DNA of 59,815 nucleotides, filler included, from Sphacelaria rigidula (GCA_964200075.2; 8 parts of 8 records of this genome joined end to end with filler, not necessarily neighbours in it); one strand, 5' to 3'. Shown: positions 1 to 11,192, numbered from the whole stretch's first letter. Numbers and translations are program-made. Notes: generated from the letters alone by a model not told the origin.

Positions 1-211
1 AGGTTAGTCATATGTATTCCCTTTCTTCTTTATTATTAATTCCTGTTTTGCTTGTATCGCGCTTTGTGAGCTTTAATTTGGGTCAATTTTGTCTTTTTGG
101 TTTTTTGCTAGCCTGCGACCACGGAAGGCGTCCGCATCAAATGCCCAGTACGAATGTACCGTGCAGATATCGGAACAGTTTGTAATGTGAAGACAACAAT
201 AACAACAACAG
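1..211 (+). mobile_element. Probable 3' end of a non-LTR retrotransposon with a (CAA)n tail
   Basis: T-rich UTR-like sequence ends in ACAACAATAACAACAACA. No coding evidence is present. Confidence 0.35.
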
Positions 212-806
212 TAGGCTAGTTTACCGGAGTTGGGCACAATTGTTCATGGTCGACATATCTTACAAGCATCGCTACCCCTACCCCCACCCCTACCCCTACC
301 CCCAAAACCCCAACCCCAACCCATCGCGAACCGAAACCCTCGGACAAGGGTGGCACATAACATTCCCTTGGCAAAGTGTGGCCTTTGCAGACCCCAAATC
401 AGCTCCTGTGGCGCCGATTTCGACGAAAACTGCGCACACGAGGAGCACACGGGACCGCCAGTCGTACTTGAAATCCGATTCTCGTTGTGCACACTCTAAT
501 CAAGTGATATCAACGATGGACATTTGTAGGCCAACGCTGGTTATCTCTATTGGCACAACTCGCGATACATCGTCAGTTCGAACGAGCTGAAGGAAAGTGA
601 GCTTCTTAGGCGGCCCAACCGCTACTACATTATGGTGACAGCGGAGAAGGAGGAAAGAAGATGGGTCTCATGATGTTCGGGTTAATTGAGCAGTTTGAAG
701 TACTATCAAGGACGATTCATGCGGGCTCGGCGGGGTGAGCGTGCGTTCGGCGACTTGCACCCATTAGAGTTTTGTTCATGTTTCTACTGTACTATATGCC
801 TGATCG

Positions 807-2227
807 CCAGTACCGTATCCGTTGCTTGAACCAACCATCGAGGATGTGACAACCGCCCGTTCGTAACGGAAGAGCCTAGCTTGACCACGTGACACCAGCC
901 CTGAGATCGGAACAGTAAGGTGTTGCACAAACCCAGGCATTACAAAAGACCGACGCGTTGTGAGTTATGAGTCCAGTTATTTTGTCGATGCGGAGAGACT
1001 CGGGAACCATCTCCGGGGAGAAAGGGGCGTGGTCGTTGTGGCGACCGTGAACGGCAAATGAGCGGGAAAAGAGCCGAATGTGTGGGCGCCATGATTGGAG
1101 TTGGCGCGTAGACTCCCTGGCACAGTGTAGAGAGCGATGGCCTAGCAGAGGTACGGCCGGTCTGTGGCCCAAATAAGGTACGATTGAAAAAGAGTTCCTA
1201 GATCAGGTATACCTCGGCGAAATGTGGCCTACAAAAGGTAAGCGGTTTCTGGAGGCGAAATGTCCGTTTTGGCGTGGCCATATCTTTCGAGTAACATGTT
1301 TTCCCCCGTACTTTTTCGAGTCCCGGGTGCCAATGCTCCCCCCCGAACGATGTGCGTGAAAAATCCGGAGCGAAAACGGTCAAAATGGCATGTTTGGCTG
1401 TTTTCGCGAGTCTGGCTATTTTTCGTACCTTTCCTAGGCAGAAAACGAGAAGGTATACCTTTTCTAGGCCATTGCCAAAAACAATCCTCGGTACCAAAAG
1501 TTTTATATTTCATTTTCATGAGTTGAAGGCATTTTACTGATACCTGAAAACTGATTATTGCCCTTAACTCATGAAAAGAAAAACCTTTTGGTATCGAGGT
1601 AATTTTTTTTCATACCCTATTCATTGTCCATACCAAATTTCAGGGTCCAACTCTAAATGTACAAAAGAGCATGGGCCTATCAATAACCGGGTCGGTAGAA
1701 ATTCGGAACAGTATTTCGCAGGCCACTCACCGGCCCACGTTTGGTTTTCGTGTATTGAAAATTTGTGTGGGCGCTCTCTAGGCCATACGTAACAAACAAA
1801 AGTGGATCAGGTTGATTTTTTTCATTTTTTTTCACTGGTTTAGGGCGTTCTACTATGGTGAAGACCATTTCTTCACGAGAACGCCCTAACCTCTATGAAA
1901 AAAAACAAAAATGAAGGTCCATCTTTTTTGTTATTCGGCACTCTTTTGTGGTTCTCCACACCAAAATTCGTCGCCATCCGCTACATAAAATGCATCGAAC
2001 GGGAGTTTCATAGAGATTTTAGTATTGGCGCTATTTCCCTTATAGGTATAGGAATGACTAGACATGGGGTTTAATCAACGAGAAAATATGGGCCCAAAAT
2101 TTTCAGCAGATGGGCACCTTCTCTTGATTAGACTATTAATACGATGTGCGGATCACGGACCAACTCGTCTGTGTCGATGAGATATTGCTTTTAGAGCTTA
2201 AATCCGTTTTCAGGCTAGCCCAGCTCG
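807..2227. mobile_element. Non-autonomous DNA transposon arm ending in GCTAGCCCAGCTCG|TA (Tc1/mariner-like TA target)
   Basis: Homologous pieces occur at 2290-2790, 37480-38369, 52428-52890 and 59430-59532. The terminal motif next to TA recurs at 2227, 15025, 36561 (reverse), 38369 and 59532. Confidence 0.7.
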
Positions 2228-2289
2228 TACCATTGTGGGGAGTCCGTGGCCAAAAGAGTTGATGATTGTGGCGTTAGGTACAGTAGCAT

Positions 2290-2790
2290 GTGGTCGTTGT
2301 CGCATTCTTGAACGGCAAATGGGTAGGAAAAGATCCGAATGTGTGGGCGCCATGGCTGGAGTTGGCGCGTGTGGATTCCCTTGCGCGCAGTGTGCCGCAT
2401 CAGGTACAGTGTGGGAATCGATGGCCCAGGATAGGTACTTTCTGGGCCGACTGGTGGCCAAGATTAGGTACGATTGAGAAAGAATTCCTAAATCAGGTAT
2501 ATGCCTGGCCGAAATTTGGCCTCATAAGGGAAAGTGGTTTCCGGACGCGAGAAAGTGGTTTCCGGACGCGAGACGTCCTTGTGCGCATGATCATATCTCG
2601 CGAGTAACATGTTCTTTTCTGGGTTTTTTTCGAGGCCCGCGTGCCGAGGAGCTCCCCGATTGCTGTGCGTGAAAAATTCGGAGCAAAATAAGTCCAGAAT
2701 TTGTGTTTCTCTGTTTTCGCGTTTGTCGTCATTTTTCGTACCTTTCTTGGGCAAAATACGAAAAGGTATACCTTTTCTAGGCCATTACCC
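2290..2790. repeat. Second, diverged copy of segment ~1030-1475
   Basis: Shared blocks include GAATGTGTGGGCGCCATG..TGGAGTTGGCGCGT and AAGGTATACCTTTTCTAGGCCATT. Confidence 0.85.
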
Positions 2791-3008
2791 CTGATTTTTC
2801 TCCCTGACCCGTAGAAACGAAATCCCAACTGGGTGCACCAAGCGCCGTCACGAGAGCACGAGTAGTGATATGTACCTAGACCGCGAGGGGATCAGTCCAT
2901 TTGGATCATACATTTTTCGAGTGAAATTGCTGCCGATTCAGCAGATGATCTAATTTCGCCGGGTGAGGCTTTTTACCCGTAGCCACCAGGGTTAGTCCAT
3001 CTGGATCA

Positions 3009-3097
3009 TTGTTGTTGTTGTTGTTGTTGTTGATGATGTTGTTGATGTTGTTGATGTTGATGTTGATGTTGATGTTGTTGATGTCGTTGTTGTTGCT
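3009..3097. repeat. (TTG)n/(TTGATG)n microsatellite
   Basis: Directly visible in the sequence. Confidence 0.9.
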
Positions 3098-3100
3098 GTC

Positions 3101-3515
3101 CGTTGGAATATTCAATGTCAGTCATTGGTAACGACTACTATATATCGTAGGTTATCGTAAACAAGTAAGAAACCATTTGAGTATGTTTCCAGAACAAGTT
3201 GTCGGGGGATAAATCGGGAGTTATCGGTTGTAATATCCAGCGAGTGTTCTAGACGTGTGAAGGTTCTGGAAGTTCATTATTAGCTGATCGGTAGGCTCGC
3301 ACACTTGGTGCTCGCCCACCTGATCACTCCTCTACTACTTCTCTTTTCATGCTGTTCTCTTCCATGAGTTAGAGTCTTCGGCCACATAAGCGCCAAGTTC
3401 AACCTCTCCATTCTCAAGTCAAGTGACTTAACCGTCACTCTCTGCACCTCTGCATCAACTGCAGAAGACAGTTGCCACATCGGCACACCATCAAGAGTGA
3501 AGCCATTTTCCTTCA
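3101..3515 (+). mobile_element. 5' LTR of a Ty1/Copia retrotransposon
   Basis: Begins (C)GTTGGAATA (degenerate TGTTGG), ends ...CCTTCA, and is immediately followed by a PBS. Confidence 0.7.
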
Positions 3516-3526
3516 GGTTATGAGCC
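3516..3526 (+). promoter_or_regulatory. Primer-binding site GGTTATGAGCC, complementary to the anticodon region of initiator tRNA-Met (half-tRNA priming)
   Basis: Its reverse complement GGCTCATAACC contains the CAT anticodon loop. It abuts the CA LTR end and lies upstream of a Copia gag. Confidence 0.75.
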
Positions 3527-4233
3527 TCGAGCTTCATCCATAAGCACAGCAAGGAGTCACAGCGTCGTCAGCGATCAACACGTTCTCAAGAGGATCGGCA
3601 CCGCTCTTCCAAGCAGAAGACGGACATCGCACCAACGGGAACTTCAAGTCCTTTCCCGTTAATCAAATTCAAGTTCTGTGGGAGTCCATTAAGATCAGGC
3701 GCGTCGGCATCATCCACGTCGCCAAGACATCACTACAGCAGTTCAACAGAGTCAGCTCAAATTACCTCTCCATGCTCATCTCGCTAGTGAGCATCTTCGG
3801 TCATCAACAAGATCGACAATCAACCGCATTGCATCGGCACGTTCCGAGCCATTCCTCCGCATTTTTGTTGCGTGAGAGTTTTTTCCAGAAAAGAGAGATA
3901 CGTCGTCATCAGCAACGACACTCAGCTACGTCGTCTTCAGCTAAGACATAATCAGTTCGGCAGCTTTTTCTAGCAACACTAGCCAAGAGGCAGGGACTTC
4001 GGATCCATCAAGCTTATCAACTGGCATCCGCAGCCAACACCCGTAGGTAAGTCACATCTGGGTGCATCATCATCTTCTGTTGAGGGACTGTCAGTTTCTC
4101 TTGAAAATTTTCAACGTCATCGTACGACTGCTGTACGAGTATACGTCATCTACATGGACGGCAACAGCAACAGCAACAGCAACAGCAACAACAACAGCAA
4201 CAGCAACAGCAACAACAACAGGATCACCGCAGC

Positions 4234-5650
4234 ATGGAGGAGCCATTGACAAATGCTGCTGCGGTGGACGCAGTGGACAAGCTCGTCAAGGCTGTTGGCG
4301 GAAAGTTCAACGGGACAGACTTCGATGTCTGGTCCCGCACAGCACAGTCCGGGATCAGCATGCGACATTCGGGCATTGCAGACATCCTCGACGGCAGACC
4401 ATGTCCGCCGACCATTTACAAGAGGACCAAGGGCAAAGCTGGCAAGCGCAAGAAACAAGCAACCTCAGGCATCGAAGATGAAGAGGATGAAGACAAGGAT
4501 GCAGCAGAAGACTCAACACTGCATCCCGAGCAACAGCAGCAGCTTGCCCAGATGAGCCGACTTCAACAAGCGGCGAGACTCCTACTTCTGTGATGTGGGA
4601 GATGGATCACAGCATCCAGAACGTTGAGGACATCCGGAAGTGGCACATGGCAAACAAGATCCTGATCCACTTCCTGTTCTTGAGTACGGCAGGACCGGCG
4701 GCAAGCTTTCTCCTAAAGTACAAGCCTTGACCAGGCATTTTGCCAAACGGCATCGCCGCTTGGACTGGTCTGGTGGGAAAATACAAGAACCCTTCACGCC
4801 AGCGGCGTCGAATTATGGCAAAAAGGCTGTCTAAAATGAGAATGCAGCAAGGTCAAGACCCGGACGTCTTTTGCAACGAGCTATTTTCGTTACGAGATGA
4901 ACTGGCGGAGATGGGTCGAGTGATTACGGGCGACGAGATACTGGACATCATCCTGGATGGGCTGACGGACGAGTACTCCCAGATTCAACTGCTTGCGGAA
5001 TCGCAAGACACTTTTAATCTTGAAGACGCCAAGTTCACCATGAGGAACATGTTCGCAAACCGTGTCGCAGAAAACGGGCTTTCACGTGCAGTGAAGAGTC
5101 GCACCTCGGCGATGACCGCCACAACGGTAAAATACTGCAACTACTGCAAAAAGCCTAGTCATGACATCAACAACTGCTTTAAGCGAAACAACAAAAAGAG
5201 CACAAGAAACAACGGAGGGGGGGGGCGTACTCATCGGAGGGGGGAAACGTAACTGGTGGTCCTCCTTGCACAAAACCAGTCTTCACGACAATTCGACATG
5301 CAAGGCGCAACAACACTGGGGCAACGATCCTGACGATCAGCGGCAGAAAGGGCAGCGCGGCCGAGGACCACGTCATAACAGCGGACCACGGCAGCAAGGA
5401 CAATCCCGCTTCAGCGACAGCGGACAAGGCCGTTTCAGTAACAGCGGGCAAGGCCGCTTCAACAACAACAATGAACAAGGAGGCGTGAACAACAACAGCG
5501 GACAAGGTGGTAACAACAACAACAACACCAACACGGCAGCACACACAGCGACAGCGACATTGGGGTCTACTACTGTGGTGGGACATTACAACACAGCCGG
5601 ATCATCTACTCCAACTTCCGCGACTGCCACCACTCAACAGGCTTCAGATT
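4234..5650 (+). pseudogene. gag: Copia gag (UBN2/Retrotran_gag_2-like) with frameshifts; truncated before protease
   Basis: Motifs KFNGTDFDVW, GIAAWTGLVGKY, MQQGQDPDVF, ILDGLTDEYSQI. Zinc knuckle CNYCKKPSHDINNC, plus a degenerate second knuckle (W)SSLHKTSLHDNSTC. Spread over ORFs 4234, 4740 and 5161. Confidence 0.9.
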
Positions 5651-6721
5651 TGTCATGGCTCGATATTCTAGCTGGGAATGGTGCCAGTACAGAGGGCACC
5701 AGGCTAGCGGCTCAAACACAATCATTAGTATCGAAGCCATTGAGCTCGATATGCTAGGTGGGGAGTCAACCCACACACCAATGACCATAGGCGCATGCCC
5801 AAGGTTTACGCCGGAGACAAGACCCACATGATGCGTGCAACGCGGGCTTACATTTGTGAAGACCAAAGACTCCTCTGAGATAGCAGTCCGTGATAGTGTT
5901 GGTGCTTCTTGTATTACTGTCAACCGGCTGGTAGTTGCTATTGGCGCGTTGAGATAAGTTCCCAAAAGACTGTGCCCGAGTAGGGGGCACTGTCGAAATC
6001 AATCAGAATCAGAATGGCCATGACTTGTCGGGCTAGACAACGCAAGAGTATGGCACATGGAATCTACTCGACTGGACCATAACCGATAAATCCGGAACAT
6101 CCCCCCAGCCTTTTAATAAGGCTAAGCGAAAGTGGGAAACGAAGCCTGTGCATCAACACCTGAAATAAGGAAACGAGAAAAATCTGCAACTAATGTTGCA
6201 GGGGAAAACTCGGTATCTGATATATAGGTAAACCCCGTTAGACGGGGGAAACCCTATCCGTTAGGAAAGGAAAAAAATCTCTAGCGCCCTTTCCAATCGA
6301 CAGAAACCGCAGACAAGTGCAATCGCTGTCGTTTTCCCGGGATCTCAGTTAGACTGGAGAACGATTAGCTAATTAGCTTCATCGCGAGTCGACACCCTGG
6401 ATCAGTTACACTGAATTCCAGGGTAGTGTGGGGCTTTAACCACATCCAACTTACGTTGGATTCGCTAAAAACAACCTTTGCACGAACTCATCAGTAGTTA
6501 CAGGAGTGCAGCTTTTGGGAAGTGCTTCCCTGTAACTACTGATGTTTATGCTACGAAGAATAGAGCCCACGCGCCTCGGCTCATAAACGTATTTGCATGT
6601 TACAAAATGGGAACCAGACAAGGCCAAGGAACGACAAAAAAAGAATAAGAAACAAAAACAGGCACACTCGTAATTCACACTGAAGAGTACGGTACCAACA
6701 ATTCTTCTTGCTTATTTTACA
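5651..6721 (-). mobile_element. Probable 3' LTR of the Gypsy element, interrupted by a ~470-bp insertion
   Basis: On the minus strand, a polypurine tract AGGGAAGGGGG (6723-6733) is followed by TGTAAAAT at 6721. A putative far end ...TGACA at 5651 coincides with loss of Copia gag similarity. Confidence 0.55.
5995..6465 (-). mobile_element. Structured non-coding retroposon-like element with a (GATTCT/GATT)n 3' tail
   Basis: Several short hairpins, no ORF, and a tail GATTCTGATTCTGATTGATTT at the 5995 end. Confidence 0.5.
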
Positions 6722-6793
6722 ACCCCCTTCCCTGTGCAACGATATCCTGTACCATTTCATATACCGACTATTCCTAGACATTCCCACTCCAGT

Positions 6794-7390
6794 TCAAAGT
6801 AGGGGTCCTTTTTCCCGCGTTAAGCGGTCTACTTCCTGGCGGGATAGCTCCTCCCAGTCTCCGTCTTCGTATTGTACTCGCCAAAAGCGACTCCCGTAGT
6901 CATACACCTGACCCTTGACCTTGAGACCTCGGAAGTCTTTCCAGAAAGTAACACTTATTGGGAAAAGCTTAAAGGCGTCACTGCGCGACAGGGGAGCGGG
7001 GCGCTTCTTGGAGTGCGGGGGTGGATTGGGTACAACTGCGGGGTTGTACAGGTGCCAGAGTGCGTGGAAAGCGTCTAGTTCCAGAGAGGAAAGGCTGTTT
7101 CGGAGCTGGCTCTCTGGCAGCCAGGCAGACACCTTCCCTTCCAACGATCTGGCCTTGTATTCCCATTGTTTCGTGCCGGCCATGGAGTAGATCTCTCGGC
7201 GGTCCACCAAAGTGACGAACTCCTGAGTGTGGGGAGGAGCGGTGTTGGAGTTGCAATCTGAACCCCATACGTATTGAGCGAACTCGTCGGCTATCGAGTG
7301 CCTGAGATGCGGTGGGCGAACATGGAAGGGTTTCACGTCGGAGACTGCTACTCTACGTGTACGGCGTTTGCGCCCCTGCATGACTACCTC
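6794..7390 (-). mobile_element. C-terminus of a Ty3/Gypsy pol (post-integrase) with chromodomain-like and Tudor-like modules
   Basis: RVAVSDVKPF (integrase C-terminal tail), LVDRR...WEYKAR...SAWLPESQL, and FWKDF...GQVYDYGSRFWRVQYEDGDWEEL, followed by a stop, PPT and TG. Confidence 0.8.
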
Positions 7391-7490
7391 NNNNNNNNNN
7401 NNNNNNNNNNNNNNNNNNNNNNNNNNNNNNNNNNTTAATTAATTAANNNNNNNNNNNNNNNNNNNNNNNNNNNNNNNNNNNNNNNNNNNN
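7391..7490. other. Artificial scaffold-joining linker (N44-TTAATTAATTAA-N44); identical linkers at 14881-14980, 22371-22470, 29861-29960, 37350-37449, 44839-44938, 52328-52427
   Basis: Seven identical 100-nt spacers carry a motif with stops in all six frames. The segments between them have monotonically non-increasing lengths, 7390 down to 7388. Confidence 0.97.
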
Positions 7491-7596
7491 CCCCCCCCCA
7501 ACGTAGGATGACTCTTGCGACAGTTGCCTCTCTTGACATGGACTGACGTGTTGGTGGTTATGGTGACAATATTTCTCAATTTTCGCTTCTGCACAG

Positions 7597-10500
7597 GTTG
7601 TGCTGTCAGATGCGGACCTAGTAATAACAGCTGCGGTGGAGACGTCCTGGCCCAGCACGCTCTACCTGAATTGCTTATGGCACATTTCAAAAAACGTGCC
7701 GAAGAATTGTTTTTCTTCGCTGAGCGAAAGTGATCGGTCAGTATTCATGCACAAATTCTCGTGCTCAGCCTACGAAGCCACTCCCGAGGTGAGGGATGGT
7801 ATGTGGTATTCGTCCCAAACACCGTCGGCGGGTCCCTCAAAGTGTACGTCGATGGGCGCACGTGCTGGCGGAGTATCATCTTGGTTGTACGCGAATCTCA
7901 TCAGGAAAACGGTAACGGGCAGGAGCTGAGCGATCTCACTCGTGAAAAATCCCCTCTGCCGCTGTATTGCGTCAGGTATTCGGTCGCTTCCAGCATGAGG
8001 CGGAGGCAATGGCCAAGGGGACCAAGTGCGAGCGTTACATCGCCGACATGTTCGCGTAAGTACACAGCACAAGTGGCAGAAACCCCCAAAGTGGGTCTCA
8101 TTTCCAGGACCATGGCCTCCACACAGCAAATTGCATACATTCGTGTCTATCGGTGGTCGTTCGTGGGCACGAGTTGGAATGCAACTTAACCCGACCCTCC
8201 GTCCGGCGCCGTGTATTGCACCCACGGATCGGCCTCTCCATCCGTTCAGGAAGAAAGAAAATTGAACTTTTTCCTGCCGGCCGACACATCTTACCCTGGG
8301 TATGGTTGCGACGCAGCGAACGGAGGGTCTGTTCGGGGTGGCAAAACAAACTGGCATCCATAGGGGCCTGTCACTGTGCGCCCTTTGGGACAAACTTCGT
8401 CAGTTGAAAACGTGCCTGTTGATGGAGACTGAGAGGTGAGGCGCTGCACGCTCATGCACAATCCCAATTCAGGAGATTAGGGTCGCCTAGGATCTCGGGC
8501 AAGCGGTTGTCTTGTTTGAAATAATAGCCGATCTTGGATTACCTTGGAGCCGCCTCTTTCACTAACTCGTGTTGGATGGTCGCGTGTCTCGATCCTTAAC
8601 GTTGTGCGTGAACAGCAACCGTGATGTGTCTTGGTGGCCGGCGAATTTCAGAAACTCGCTCTCACTCGCAATCGGCTTGAGGTTGGGGACAATTCATGAA
8701 TCAACGGGCTGATCAGCCTCTCAATCCGTCGATGATTCCGTGCAGCTTGACTACTGGAAATCATTGTAGTCTCGTTCTATGGGCATACAAATCCTGGTAA
8801 ATTCGTGTCTGTTGAGTCTCACGGAACTTGATCTTTCGGATGTCCGACGGACTATAGTCCCGCCGCATCGATACCGGGAGAACATTCGCTGTGAAGGACC
8901 TACCTGGAGAGCATGTTCCGACCCATTCTGGACAGTCTGCGGGCCGCCGGGGCGAGTAATTACTGCGAGAAGGTCAGTACTGACTTACGTCGTATCGACT
9001 CGGAGTGTCCCGTAGGTAGCACACCATGATTACGCTGCGTACACCGCGGATCTTGACGTCAGAATTGTATGCTTGTCGCTTTCAGGAAGAAATGCTGTCG
9101 GCGGTTGCCTCTAAGACCGACTTTTAGACCGACTTTCATGCACTGGAATGTGGACTTGTACGAGTTGACGATTTTAGCAACAAGATCAGGTGATTTCCTC
9201 TCGCGGATTGAGTTTTCGGACCCCAGCCCGTTGGGCAATGTTTTTCGGCTATCTGTGAGCAAGCCAGATCAATTCTCCGATTCCCTACAGGTCGACTTTG
9301 TTGTGTGACCTTCCCGAAAAACTCCAGGCACACTACGATCTCGCCGCCGCGAGATTGACGGAGATGCCCTCGAGATCCTAGAGTTGCCCGGTTTTTTTCA
9401 GGAACGTGATACATGAAAGTTAACGTCGAGGGAATCGGATAATTGATCTGGGTTGCTCACGCCGCAAAACATTGCCCAACGGAGTGGGGTCCGAAAAATC
9501 AGTCCGCGTGTGGAAATCGCCTGATAGTGTTGCTCAAATCGTGAATTCGCACAAATTCAGATTCCGGTGCATAAACGTCGATCTAACAACGCTCAGGATA
9601 TAAAGTCGGGTTGTGCGATTGAAATGACCGGCTTGTGCTCTGTTCTCACCCATGCAGGAGCTCCGAGTGGAGTTCTCAAACGGACGTCAGGCTTACGATG
9701 TCAGCATGGCACGAGGGCCAACGGATGCCGACGGCAGACCGATCCCCGTCAGTGCTGCCTACGTTCGCCGCTTGTCATCGGTGAACCCCGAGCGAAGATC
9801 TTGCAAGAGGCGCCAGATTTAACGGACCTGGGAAATGACTTTCACGGCGCGTCGGACGCCAGCATGTGGGCGCGCACTTCTCTGGAGGCATTTTTGAGCG
9901 TGATTGCTGACGTTCCCGCTGAGGCCGTCGCGATAGTACGATACAAGCTCACAACTCGGGCGTCGCGCCCGAGCCATCTCGTCGTTTTGGGGCCCGGAAA
10001 ATTTCACCTCTGTTCTTGCCTGCAGCTTCTGCGCCGTGGACTGCCATGCAGGCACTACTTCGCCGTCTTGCCGCAAATGCTGGAAAAAATGGTGGACGCG
10101 GGTGGCGAAGTCCAACACCCGTTCGACAGAGCGTGTGTGCACAACCGTTGGCGGGAGCGAACCGATGGCCAGGACGCTCCGTGGAGCGTGAAGCAGGTGC
10201 TCCGGTTGTCGGGGCATGGTGAAGGCTGGGACGGAGTTCGCGACGGTGGCAGCGGCGGTGGTTGGGGACCCACCCTTCACGACAGTGCCGACGGTGTGCA
10301 CCCCCCAGAGCCAGCCGAGTCGAAACGAAACGCCAGAGTGGAAGCCGATCAACGGCGCATCTTCGCCACGTTGATGGCGCGCTTCATGCAGGAAGCAAAC
10401 ACCACCATTAGTTCCGTCTCACCGCCGGGAGGGGCGTTGTCGATCCAAACGCAAATGGCGGCATACCGGTCTACTCTGATCCATATGGCGAAGGGCGCAC

Positions 10501-10745
10501 CCGGGCCAGGCAACCCGGCAAAGCCCCCCAAGAAAGGTCGCCCGAAGGGATCGGGCAACAAACCGAAGTTTAGTACACGTGAGGTGGGCAGGGGTAAGGC
10601 GAAGAGCAGCGTCAATGTCAAGGAGGAGAGAGCGTCCAATCCTCAGCAGCGGGGGGGCAATCCCAGGCGCACCAAACGCCACAGAGACTCGGTGGAGACG
10701 CGAGGATCCCGGCCCAGCAAGCGCTCGAAGACCTCCGTCCCATGA
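7597..10745 (+). mobile_element. Mutator/MULE transposase, intron-containing and decayed, 5' part outside the scaffold
   Basis: Exon 7597-7788 (cag|..|gtgagg) encodes VVLSDADLVITAAVETSWPSTLYLNCLWHISKNV, with the second catalytic D and the CxxH motif. An exon ends at 8972 (|gtcagt). The exon from 9658 has a frameshift leading to a SWIM finger CSCLQLLRRGLPCRH and an AT-hook-like KKGRPKG. Confidence 0.88.
9126..9585. mobile_element. Foldback/MITE-like inverted repeat inside the MULE intron
   Basis: Arms of ~220 bp are reverse complements, e.g. TTTTCGGACCCCAGCCCGTTGGGCAATGTTTT versus AAAACATTGCCCAACGGAGTGGGGTCCGAAAA. Confidence 0.85.
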
Positions 10746-11192
10746 TCGTTGACCGCGAAAGTGCACCCTGGAACGGTTGTGGCATGATCGACCCGTGCGT
10801 CCTGGGTTGCCGATGTTCTCTTCGAGATTCTCATCGGAAAATGGATGTTTGGTGTCGGTGCCCCGCTTTGTCAGTCAGTACTGGTAGGACACGTAGACGG
10901 TGTATCACGGTGCATGTGGTGAGGTTAACGGTGGGGGCAACGATTGTACGGTTCATCCGACCTCCTGCCCGTGCTACTGGTATTGTGTGGAGCCGACCTG
11001 CAACTATGTTTGTTGGTAAAAGTATTACGGGAGGGAGCGATTTCCGGTGACCTACTACGCAGTGTCACGGTGTATGATATGTGGTCGACATTTCACGCGT
11101 AGGGAGTGCGTTGGCCACGTGTACTGCACCAGGTGTGGGGAAGAAGATCCCAATGCAGCACTTGAAGTAGAGTTTGACAGTTGAGAGATTCG

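Noticed and set aside
7435..7446. TTAATTAATTAA recurring every ~7.49 kb as a biological periodic motif
   Set aside because: It is always embedded in 44+44 Ns, so it is an assembly linker.
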